Positions 1 to 8,274 of a stretch of 56,503 nt of DNA are shown here, piece after piece. How positions within the stretch are numbered: the first letter of the stretch is position 1; each line of letters begins with the position of its first letter. This stretch comes from a virus. Its lineage: Duplodnaviria; Caudoviricetes. The position numbers were made by a program, and so were the translations under genes. Location: positions 1 to 56,503 of the IMG/VR virus record IMGVR_UViG_3300037478_000558; one strand, written 5' to 3'. A model generated the notes under the pieces. The model made no database searches, was not told where the DNA came from, and saw only the letters and a program-made list of their open reading frames with translations.

Positions 1-127
1 CCGTTGCCCAGGCAATACATGTTGTCGATGCTCGGGCCGGTCGCGTCGATGTCGTCCTGGATGGCCCAGCCGGCCATGATGCCGTCGAACACGGTCGCGT
101 GGATGTGCCGCTGCATCGAGTTCAAAT
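1..127. repeat. Terminal direct repeat (circular assembly overlap), copy 1
   Basis: Bases 1-127 are identical to 56377-56503; 127 is a common assembler k-mer; an ORF reads through the junction. Confidence 0.95.
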
Positions 128-188
128 CGCCGTGGGTGAGCCCCTCGCCGTCGTTGAAGAGGATCTCTCGGGGGAGGATGTCTGCCAT
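1..188 (-). CDS. 5' part of tail fibre/baseplate-associated protein continuing across the junction into 56376..55443
   Basis: ATG at 188 (MADILPREILFNDGEGLTHGDLNSMQRH...) is in frame with ORF 55443..56501. Confidence 0.8.
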   Translation of the reverse strand, partial: MADILPREILFNDGEGLTHGDLNSMQRHIHATVFDGIMAGWAIQDDIDATGPSIDNMYCLGN

Positions 189-193
189 GTCGT

Positions 194-1774
194 TTACTCC
201 GCGAAGAAGCCGCGCACGATCTTGGCGAGCGCGAACTCGTCGATCGTGCGGATCTGGTTGCCGTATGCGATGGCGAGAAATGCCACCTGCCCATCGATCG
301 GCCCGCCAGCCGCCGCGGGCCGGCTGTCCCCGATGCGCAGGGGGTTCGCGTTCGCCAACTCAAACTGGCAGGACAGCGGCGTCGCTCGCTCGATGTGCGA
401 GGCAAAGCGCGCCTGGCACACGGAGCGGTCCACCACGGCCACGGTCGCGATCCAGGTGTCGGTGCGGTTCGTGCGCGCGGTGAGCAGCACACGCGATGCG
501 TCCGGGCCGCTGCCGGCGTCGAGCCGGAACTCGAAGACCGGATTGGACACGTCCGGCCGCACGAAGAGATTCCACCCAGGGAACTCGCCGCTATCAAGCT
601 GCTTGCCCGCGTAGGCCGAGGTCACCACAGGGAACGCGCGGAGCTTGAGCACCGAGACGATGCAAATCGAATCCGCGTCGCCGATGTCGCCGAGCGTCGT
701 GCTTGTCGCCCGGTAGGCGTCCGTGTTCGCCCCGGTGAAGTCGTATACGTCGGTGCCAAGCTGGCCCTTCAGGTTCGCGCCCGTGACGATGCTCGCCGCC
801 CCCTCCGCGGTCAGTGCATCGCCGCTCACGAGGTCGCTCAGTCCGCCCAAGTAGATATGGGAGAACGTCAGCCCGGTGAGTACGGTCAGCTTCTCCTCGG
901 TCGTCAGCGGCCGCTCGACGATGGCCTTCACGCCCGCGCCCTTCACCTGCCGGATCATCTCGCGGATCGACGCTACCGTGCCATCCCCGGCATCAGCGGG
1001 CAGGATCACGATGATCGTGACCGGTGACCGCGCGCCGATGCGGTACCCCCTCGACAGGTACGCGCGCGCGCTGGGCGTGGCCGTCGTGCGCACCTCACCC
1101 TCGAAGTATCGATCCACCCTCCAGGTCACATCCTCGTCGAGCCCGACCTGCGCACCCGCCGATGCGAAGACCGCGCCGTTCTCGTCGATGGCGGTGATCA
1201 CGCTCTCGCCGTCGTGGTCGTCGCTGCCGGTGAGCGTGATCCGATGCTCCTGCACCGGGAAGAAGAGCCGCAACGGCGCGCGCGCAAAGCTGTCCGTGGG
1301 CGTGAACACGAAGGTCCCCGCCGCCTCGCCCGCGGCGAAGGTGCCGCCGGTGCCCTCGTCTGCCTCGTACACGCCGAGGAAGATGCGATCGCGCCGGAGC
1401 TCCAGCAGTCCGACGTCACCGACCACGCCATCCGCGTCGAGGATGTCCTGGATGCCGTCGAGAAGCGCCCCGCGGGTGACCGCGTCCGGGATGCTCTGGA
1501 GCCTCGCGCGCAAGGCATCGTCGCTCTCGCCGTCCTGCCGGTTGGTCCCCTGGTCGCGCGCGTGCTGATTGAGCCAGTCGGGATCCGTGGCATTTGGTCC
1601 ATCCGCATCGCCGATGCGAAGCTGATCCAGCCAATACCGGATCGTCGTCATGGCCGCCCCGTGCTGCTTGGCCATGCCGGGGAGGATCTCGTCAGGGCCG
1701 GTGCCACGAAGCCACGAGGGAAGCGACGCGCGCGCGAACTCGAGCAGCTCCTCTTCTTCCGCGGTCAGGGCCAT
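194..1774 (-). CDS. Baseplate wedge/tail protein (P2 gpI-like N-terminus) with C-terminal LamG/ConA-like domain
   Basis: Follows baseplate J; motif WLNQHARDQG..RQDGESDDALRARL; beta-rich C-terminus ending LRIG..GPIDGQVAFLAI. Confidence 0.65.
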   Translation of the reverse strand: MALTAEEEELLEFARASLPSWLRGTGPDEILPGMAKQHGAAMTTIRYWLDQLRIGDADGPNATDPDWLNQHARDQGTNRQDGESDDALRARLQSIPDAVTRGALLDGIQDILDADGVVGDVGLLELRRDRIFLGVYEADEGTGGTFAAGEAAGTFVFTPTDSFARAPLRLFFPVQEHRITLTGSDDHDGESVITAIDENGAVFASAGAQVGLDEDVTWRVDRYFEGEVRTTATPSARAYLSRGYRIGARSPVTIIVILPADAGDGTVASIREMIRQVKGAGVKAIVERPLTTEEKLTVLTGLTFSHIYLGGLSDLVSGDALTAEGAASIVTGANLKGQLGTDVYDFTGANTDAYRATSTTLGDIGDADSICIVSVLKLRAFPVVTSAYAGKQLDSGEFPGWNLFVRPDVSNPVFEFRLDAGSGPDASRVLLTARTNRTDTWIATVAVVDRSVCQARFASHIERATPLSCQFELANANPLRIGDSRPAAAGGPIDGQVAFLAIAYGNQIRTIDEFALAKIVRGFFAE

Positions 1775-1783
1775 GCGCGCATC

Positions 1784-2881
1784 CTACCCGATCGTGAGCG
1801 TGCCCGGGCGCAAGACCTGCCCGAGACTTGGTTCGATGTCGCCGATCGCTTGGGTCACCCCGTCCACGGTGATAGCGGTGAAGGCCACCTCGAAGATGTC
1901 ATCCGGCGCGATGTCGATCAGCGAGTGCACGAGCATGTCGAGGAACAGCGTCTGGCCGGCGCGCAGGCGCCCCACGCGCGCCGCGAACGCTGCTTGTAGG
2001 TCGGGCTCCCGGGCCATGATGTCGAACCCTCCCCGTACCTGGAAGGTCGCCGTCACGTCCACCACGGAGCGCACGCCACCGACCACGGTCACCGGGATCC
2101 CGGCGCATCGCCAGTTCTCCAGCTCCGCGTCGACGTCAGCGATCATCTGCGCCGTCGAATTGCCATCGGCATCCGAGACCAAGATGCTCACGTTGAAAAC
2201 CTCGTCCTCTTCGACCACGGCCACGGACACCGAGGCCACCGTCAGCGCCCCGGTCTCCAGCGCCTCGATGGTCCCCCTGCGCAGGTTGCGCCGGCTCGCC
2301 CGCGCCCGCGCGCGGAGCTGCTCATCGGTCTCGCGCACCTGCCCCCCGCCCGCGGTCAGCGGATTGGTCACGGTGAAGGTGTCGAAGAGGGTGTCGAGCA
2401 CCACCACGATGGTCCCCGCATCCGCGTTTCCATCCGGCCCCGACACATCAGCCGTTGCCGATGCCTCGAACGGCCCCAGCTCGCCGATGCCCACCGCAAC
2501 CGCGCCATCCAGGGTGAAGGTCACCCGGCGCCCCGTGGCGTCGAATGCCGTGGCGATCCGCGTGCCCGCGTCGATGGTCCCCGCCGTCAAGCTCGTCGCC
2601 CGGGTGAACTCGACCGTGACCTGGGCGAACGTCGCCGCCTTGCGCTGGATCTGGTACCGATCGTTCACCAGCTCGGTGAGCGCGTCCCCCGATGCACCGT
2701 CGAGGAAGTTGTCGCGCACGCCCTGCGCCGCGAACCGGATCGCCACGTCCGCCATGGCCCCGCCACCGCGCAGCAGCAGGTCGGCAATGTCGCCTTCGCG
2801 GAGCTTGTACTTCGGATTGCGCGCCAGAACTTCTGCTTGGGCCTGTGCGAGGAGATCTTGGAAGCTGGGAGCTACGGGCAT
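1784..2881 (-). CDS. Baseplate J-like wedge protein
   Basis: ASGDALTEL..RKAATFA, GTIDAGT, NPLTAGGGQVRETDEQLRAR motifs; synteny. Confidence 0.88.
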   Translation of the reverse strand: MPVAPSFQDLLAQAQAEVLARNPKYKLREGDIADLLLRGGGAMADVAIRFAAQGVRDNFLDGASGDALTELVNDRYQIQRKAATFAQVTVEFTRATSLTAGTIDAGTRIATAFDATGRRVTFTLDGAVAVGIGELGPFEASATADVSGPDGNADAGTIVVVLDTLFDTFTVTNPLTAGGGQVRETDEQLRARARASRRNLRRGTIEALETGALTVASVSVAVVEEDEVFNVSILVSDADGNSTAQMIADVDAELENWRCAGIPVTVVGGVRSVVDVTATFQVRGGFDIMAREPDLQAAFAARVGRLRAGQTLFLDMLVHSLIDIAPDDIFEVAFTAITVDGVTQAIGDIEPSLGQVLRPGTLTIG

Positions 2882-3327
2882 CAGGACACCTCGACCGTGG
2901 CCACAAGGGGCTCGTTGCGTTGCGTGAGACCGACCGGCACGAACACCGGCTTGATGCGCAGCACGCCGTCATCCGTGCGCGTCACCTCGACCGAGGTCAC
3001 CGACGCGATCCGGTCGTCGCGAAGGAGCTGCGTCCGCACCCGGGCCGTAAGCTCGTCGATCGCTGCCCGGGTCATCAGCGCCTTGACGAACAGCCGCGCG
3101 CCGGCGCCGTAGTCGGGCAGCGTGGCCACGTCGCCCGGGTTCGTGATGATCATGTGCCGCACGCTCTGGAGTAGCGCGCGGATCTTGGAGATCTCGACGA
3201 GTTCGCCGGAGGCGTTGAGCACGCACCCGCCGTCGTCTGCGGTCACGTCGAAGTAGACGTCGAGGCCGAACAGCTCGGCGAGCTGGCCGTCGAGATCCTC
3301 GGGGGCTATGTCGCTGATGCCGGTCAT
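2881..3327 (-). CDS. Baseplate wedge gp25/gpW-like protein
   Basis: TNPGD...PDYGAG and LLRDDRIASV motifs; lies upstream of baseplate J. Confidence 0.82.
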   Translation of the reverse strand: MTGISDIAPEDLDGQLAELFGLDVYFDVTADDGGCVLNASGELVEISKIRALLQSVRHMIITNPGDVATLPDYGAGARLFVKALMTRAAIDELTARVRTQLLRDDRIASVTSVEVTRTDDGVLRIKPVFVPVGLTQRNEPLVATVEVS

Positions 3328-3330
3328 GGG

Positions 3331-3858
3331 CTACAGGTTGTCGGTGACGTAGTCGGGGACATTGCCAGAAAACGGATCCAGTGCACCATCCTGATCCGCA
3401 TCGACCGCCACCTCTGTGCCACAGAAAACCACATATATTCCTGTTCCCGTCCTGCTTATCAATGCAGTTGTGCACGATACATTCAGGGATTCACCTTCTT
3501 GCATGCAGCCATCCCGGTTTCCGCACCCCAGCCACTGATACGGCGTGTCAGAGCACGCCAATAATGGGCCGTCCGGATACTCGTTGCCGAGGAATGCGAC
3601 CCAGGTTCGATATGCCACCGAGGGAACCCCGTCAGGCGTGTAATACGTCATCGTCGCATCGATTTCACACGGCACCGCGCCGATCGGCATAGGACCCGCA
3701 TCGTTCGCGCCGTTACCCGCATCGAGAACGACCCGTGCATCTTCGCCTATCACAGCCCCTGCATCCGCAACCTCTCTGCCTGCATCATTGGTGTAGCCGG
3801 CCTCGCCGCATGCCATCATTGCCGCAAAGATCGTCAAGATCTCGTATCGCATTGTCAT
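3331..3858 (-). CDS. Putative lipoprotein (moron) with DAG repeats
   Basis: Hydrophobic signal ending ..AAMMA-C (atypical lipobox); repeated DAG linker; several Cys; AT-richer than flanks. Confidence 0.65.
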   Translation of the reverse strand: MTMRYEILTIFAAMMACGEAGYTNDAGREVADAGAVIGEDARVVLDAGNGANDAGPMPIGAVPCEIDATMTYYTPDGVPSVAYRTWVAFLGNEYPDGPLLACSDTPYQWLGCGNRDGCMQEGESLNVSCTTALISRTGTGIYVVFCGTEVAVDADQDGALDPFSGNVPDYVTDNL

Positions 3859-3867
3859 CGTCCTTCG

Positions 3868-4467
3868 TTACTTGGATTTTAATATCGTAGTACCATTGAC
3901 ATCTATCGATACAATTGGAGTTGTGCCTGCGGGTCCTTCGAGTGGCCCTGTTGTCGGGAATGGCGGGGCCGGGCCTGGGCCGTGAACATGTCCAATGAAC
4001 TCATCCCGCACGCGCTCAACGTCGGACTTCTTCGCCACGGGCTCAGCTTCTCCGGGATCGCCATCGTAGATCAGTACCTCGCCGCTCACGATGATGGTCC
4101 GCCCCTCCTGGATGCCCGCGGGCACCGCGCCCGACGAGAGCACCGAGACGATCGTCGGCTGGAAGTCGATGCGGCCGCTCGGGACCATGACGAGCACCTC
4201 GGAGCCGACCGGGGGAACGTCCCAGATGCCCCGCCCTGCCCCGCCGAACGCGGAGCCCAGCCGGCAGGTCATATCGAGCTGGTCGGGCACGGTCTCCACT
4301 TCGACGAGCACGTCGCCTTCCTCGATCGAGTAGTGCTGCTGGCCGGCCGGCGCATACACGATGCCGAGCACGCCCCAGATGCGGTTATCGGCAACCAGCT
4401 TGCGCAGGTCGGACATATCGAGCTTCTTCGAGCCCATGCTGCGCCGCTTTGGCGATCGCGTCCTCAT
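3868..4467 (-). CDS. Baseplate spike (gpV/gp5-like OB fold)
   Basis: GAGRGIWDVPPVGSEVLV motif; C-terminal HVH metal-binding apex motif. Confidence 0.8.
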   Translation of the reverse strand: MRTRSPKRRSMGSKKLDMSDLRKLVADNRIWGVLGIVYAPAGQQHYSIEEGDVLVEVETVPDQLDMTCRLGSAFGGAGRGIWDVPPVGSEVLVMVPSGRIDFQPTIVSVLSSGAVPAGIQEGRTIIVSGEVLIYDGDPGEAEPVAKKSDVERVRDEFIGHVHGPGPAPPFPTTGPLEGPAGTTPIVSIDVNGTTILKSK

Positions 4468-6011
4468 CCGCCCTTCTCCTTGACCACCGCGCGCTCGATG
4501 CGCCCGGGGTAGCCGATGCGTGAGCCGTCCGAGCGAAGCATGCCACGCTCGCGCTTCTCCGCGCGGGTCTCGCGCTCGTCCGGCGCGCGCACCCCGTCGA
4601 CGATCACGAAGTCGACAAGCTCCATCTCGATGCTAACGCCCTGATCGGCCGAATATTCGATCGTCGCCTCGCGCACGCGCAGGGGTCGCGAGAGCACCGA
4701 TAGGATCGCCTGCCCGCGCGCGATGGCCCGGGCGATTGCCTCGTTGAATCCGCGGCGCACAAGATATGCGTATCGCTCGCTCTCGGACAGCTTCGCCAGG
4801 CTCTCGCCGTTGAATTCCTCGATGTCCACGACGAAGGCGTCGCCCGCGGCGATCGAGAGCAGATCCACATCGCGCATGTCGCGGAGATCGCGCGTGGTCA
4901 TCCGCACCATGCGCTCACTCCTGCCGAGCAGGGTGTGCAGAGACCGGGCCGCGTTGCGCAGGGCATCCCGATCGGTGATGCCGTAGACCGTGTGGATCTG
5001 ATACTCCTCGGTCTTGCCGATCGATGATTTGCTGGCCTGGGCCCTGCGCTGCTTGATCTTGGTGAAGCTGCCCTCGGGCCAATCAACCTCGATAGTCTCG
5101 CGCCGCACCGGGTCGTAGCTCTTGACCACGATCGTGGGCACCGCCTCTTTCGACAGGCGCCGAGATAGCTCCAGGTTGGTCAGATTGCGCCCCCAGGCCA
5201 TGCGCCTGATGCGCCCGCCCGCCTGCTCGTCCAGGTTCTTCGGCAGCGCCAGGACCACGTCGAGCCCCCTGACGAACAGGATGAAGCCGTGCCGGGTGGC
5301 GAGCTTGTACATCACGTCCCAATAGCTCGTCTCCTGCTGCACCGGAATGCCGCGGGTGTTCGACCGCACCTCGGATGCGCCCACGGTCGGCAAGCGCTCG
5401 ACGCGCTCCCCCTCGACCACGAGCTGGAGCCGCCCCTCCTGATCCGCTTCGGCGAGTAGATCAGCGAGCAGCAGATCAATCCGCTTGCCCGTGGGGATTC
5501 TGCGCGCGCGCCCTTCAGGTGTCGGGGGCCACTGCTTCTTGATCAGGAAGTCGGTGTAGTCCTGGCCCGTGATCGTCACCCACTTTCCCGACTCGTCCAT
5601 CACGATCGAGTGGTCGTCGAAGAGGCCGGCGATCTGCGGCTCGTTGCCCAGGGTGAAGGCTTGCACCGCACTCGCCAGCCCCAGCTCTTCCTTGCGTGCC
5701 TCTGCCGGGCTGCGCTGGGCCGCCGCGTCCAGATTGGGCAGCGACTGCCTGTTGTCGAAGCCGCCATCGACCGCGCTCTGCACATGGAACAGGAAGATCT
5801 CGATGGCCCCCGCGCGCACCGTGGCCGGGTCGATCGGCAGGTCGAGCAGGTCGAAGGTCACCTCGAACGAGTCAGCCTGCCGGTAACTGTTCCGCTGGAT
5901 CCGCACTTCCTTCGGAATCAGCGGGATCACGATCGGGTCCGCATCGCCATCACCGAAGCTCTCCGGGATGACCTGCAAGATCGCGCGTGCCTGGGGGTAG
6001 AAGGTGCCCAT
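4464..6011 (-). CDS. Baseplate hub (gpD/gp27-like)
   Basis: Between LysM protein and spike; ADSFEVT, ITGQDYT, ETSYWDVMYKLA motifs. Confidence 0.72.
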   Translation of the reverse strand: MGTFYPQARAILQVIPESFGDGDADPIVIPLIPKEVRIQRNSYRQADSFEVTFDLLDLPIDPATVRAGAIEIFLFHVQSAVDGGFDNRQSLPNLDAAAQRSPAEARKEELGLASAVQAFTLGNEPQIAGLFDDHSIVMDESGKWVTITGQDYTDFLIKKQWPPTPEGRARRIPTGKRIDLLLADLLAEADQEGRLQLVVEGERVERLPTVGASEVRSNTRGIPVQQETSYWDVMYKLATRHGFILFVRGLDVVLALPKNLDEQAGGRIRRMAWGRNLTNLELSRRLSKEAVPTIVVKSYDPVRRETIEVDWPEGSFTKIKQRRAQASKSSIGKTEEYQIHTVYGITDRDALRNAARSLHTLLGRSERMVRMTTRDLRDMRDVDLLSIAAGDAFVVDIEEFNGESLAKLSESERYAYLVRRGFNEAIARAIARGQAILSVLSRPLRVREATIEYSADQGVSIEMELVDFVIVDGVRAPDERETRAEKRERGMLRSDGSRIGYPGRIERAVVKEKGG

Positions 6012-7090
6012 CACAGCCTCGGGATGACGAGCAATTCCTCACCGGTGAGCGTGAGCCCGATGAGCCTATTGCGCTTGCGTATTTCGTCCCAGGCAAACGG
6101 GGTGCCGTAGAAGCGCCGCGATATCGAGTACAGCGACTCCCCCTGCCGTGGCCGGTAGAAGGTCACCGCGCCCGGGTCGTCGCGCCGGATCAGGTCATCC
6201 GATGCGCGCGCGCTCGACAGGCCGATGATGCGCGCATTGAATCGCACCGTGCGGATCCAGCTCTCGAAGTTGAGCACCGATACTGCGGTGCGCACGCCCA
6301 TATCCACATCCGACCGGGCCACGATGGTCTCGTCGACGAGGTCCAGCGCACGAGAGCGCGCTTCCAGGAATTGCGACGAGATGCGCCGCAATGGTGATGC
6401 CTGGAACGCTTCGAGTTCGTTCTGATCGAGCGTCGATGCGATCTCGTCGCGCTGCTCGATGATGCCGACGAGCTGCTCGTCGGTGCGGTCAGCAAGGTCG
6501 GTCTGGAGCTCGCCCCGGGGGGCGTCGAGCTGGGCGTCTTCGGCGCCCTGGACCATGATGTCGAGCTCGTCGAAGGACTCCGCGGGCGAGCGCGTCGCTG
6601 CTGGCAGGGCCGCGTCGATCTGCGCGTCCTCAGCGCGCTGGATGACATCGACTTGGAATTCATAATCGATATGCCACGACCGGCGATAGCTCGGATTGAA
6701 ATCCGAGATGATCCCCTCGAAGACCTGGTTGCCGTACTGGAACCGCGCCACGTTCCCGCGCGAGACCAGCCCCTCGAACCGGCGCAACTCCTGCTCGGCA
6801 TAGCCGATGAAGTTGTAGCGATCATCCCAGCGCCCGCGGAGCACGAACGGCTTGCGCGCGGGCCCGAGCACCTGGTGCGAAGGCTTGCGCCCGCCCGGGT
6901 AGTCGGTGCGCACCATGCGCTGGGAAAGACCCATGGTCCAGGGCTGAAGGGGTGCTGCGCGTCCGCCTCCGAGCGTGGGATCTGGGGGCGTGCGGTCACT
7001 CGTCCAGACGAAGCGCTCGCCCTCCTCGGTCTCGATCGTTGCCGCCCCGGTCCGCTTCAGCTCGGTGATTGTGAATGCGCCTTCTGCCAT
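6011..7090 (-). CDS. Tail tube initiator with C-terminal LysM domain (gpU/gpX-like)
   Basis: C-terminal YRPRQGESLYSISRRFYG..W..I..RN LysM motif; N-terminal YPGGRKPSHQVLGP. Confidence 0.8.
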   Translation of the reverse strand: MAEGAFTITELKRTGAATIETEEGERFVWTSDRTPPDPTLGGGRAAPLQPWTMGLSQRMVRTDYPGGRKPSHQVLGPARKPFVLRGRWDDRYNFIGYAEQELRRFEGLVSRGNVARFQYGNQVFEGIISDFNPSYRRSWHIDYEFQVDVIQRAEDAQIDAALPAATRSPAESFDELDIMVQGAEDAQLDAPRGELQTDLADRTDEQLVGIIEQRDEIASTLDQNELEAFQASPLRRISSQFLEARSRALDLVDETIVARSDVDMGVRTAVSVLNFESWIRTVRFNARIIGLSSARASDDLIRRDDPGAVTFYRPRQGESLYSISRRFYGTPFAWDEIRKRNRLIGLTLTGEELLVIPRL

Positions 7091-7152
7091 CGGTACCGCG
7101 CATGATTCTACCTGCTACGGTTCCGATCTCACAACGAAAGGAGCCACCGACC

Positions 7153-7239
7153 ATGTCATGCGCACGATGCCCGATCTGCTTCTTCCGTCTCCGCTGCGGC
7201 CGCGTCACGCTCGCCCTTGCCCTTGCCGCACCGGGCTGA
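7153..7239 (+). CDS. Putative 28-aa Cys-rich peptide (MSCARCPICFFRLRCGRVTLALALAAPG)
   Basis: Strong RBS GAAAGGAGCCAC, also seen before the genes at 39406 and 47738; below ORF-track cutoff. Confidence 0.35.
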   Translation: MSCARCPICFFRLRCGRVTLALALAAPG

Positions 7240-7278
7240 CTTGTTGCCTTTGCCTTATGGGACCGCCACCATGAGGGC

Positions 7279-7542
7279 ATGAAGTCACAGCCACCGGATC
7301 TTCACGATCTCATCGCCCAGGCGCCCGTCGAGCAGGCCAGAACGGTCGCGGGAGCGCTGTCGATCTATGTCCGCGTCCACGAGTGGATGGAGGATCCCGC
7401 GAAGCGTGAGCGGCTCGTCGCTACCGGGTTCGTGCCCGGGTGCTACAGACCGGACATCACCGCGCAGGAGATCCGCGCGCTTGCCGAGCCCGTGGACGAG
7501 GTCGTCGATCGGATGATACGGGGACAGGAGTTCGACGCATGA
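7279..7542 (+). CDS. Hypothetical protein (counter-oriented moron)
   Basis: Preceded by TTGCCT-N17-CACCAT-N6-ATG; coupled to next gene. Confidence 0.6.
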   Translation: MKSQPPDLHDLIAQAPVEQARTVAGALSIYVRVHEWMEDPAKRERLVATGFVPGCYRPDITAQEIRALAEPVDEVVDRMIRGQEFDA

Positions 7543-7757
7543 GCGATCCCAGGCAATCTGAACTACTCCGCGCCCATCGCATGCTGGAGCGCGTCCTTGC
7601 TGGACTGCAATCGTCGATCGTGTCGACGGATCCATCGACCATGTCCGCGATCGTCGATGACCTCGAATCCGAGGTGGTCAACTTCCTGTCCGGGATGCCG
7701 GTGCCGTCGATCGATGATGAACCAGAGGAGGATTGCCCGGATGTCTCTCGTCACTGA
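7539..7757 (+). CDS. Hypothetical acidic protein
   Basis: RBS AGGAG; ATGA overlap with previous gene. Confidence 0.55.
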   Translation: MSDPRQSELLRAHRMLERVLAGLQSSIVSTDPSTMSAIVDDLESEVVNFLSGMPVPSIDDEPEEDCPDVSRH

Positions 7758-8274
7758 AACCGCCACCGATGGCTCGCTGGCCATCTTCAGCGAGTGCATG
7801 AAATACCGATATTGGCTGGAGCGTCCGCTCGGCGCCGGTGAGGGCACTCTCGCATTCGTGATGCTGAACCCGAGCACCGCGGATGCTTTCCGAGACGATC
7901 CGACCGTGGCCAGGTGTCGCCGTCGCGCGCAGGAGAACGGCGTTTCCCGGCTGGTCGTCGTCAACCTCTTCGCTCTGCGCTCGCCCGATCCGCGCGATCT
8001 CGTCGCGGCGCACCGGCGCGGCCAGTGCCCGATCGGCACCGATAACGATCGCTTCATCTCGCGCGCCGCGCACTATTCAACGATCATCGTGTGCGGGTGG
8101 GGCGCTTCCGTGCCGAGCATTTTCCGGCGCAGGCCGGGGCGCGTGCTGAGCGTGCTGCAAGGTGGCGGTGAACTGCGGTGTCTCGGCACCACGAAGAGCG
8201 GCGCACCTCGTCACCCGCTGTATATCCCCTCTGCGGCCCCGCTGGAGCCGTTTCCGCCGCTCACCCCTCTCTGA
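7741..8274 (+). CDS. DUF1643 family protein
   Basis: YRYWLER, FVMLNPSTAD..DDPT, VVNLFALRSPDP, CGWG and TKSGAPRHPLY motifs. Confidence 0.88.
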   Translation: MSLVTETATDGSLAIFSECMKYRYWLERPLGAGEGTLAFVMLNPSTADAFRDDPTVARCRRRAQENGVSRLVVVNLFALRSPDPRDLVAAHRRGQCPIGTDNDRFISRAAHYSTIIVCGWGASVPSIFRRRPGRVLSVLQGGGELRCLGTTKSGAPRHPLYIPSAAPLEPFPPLTPL

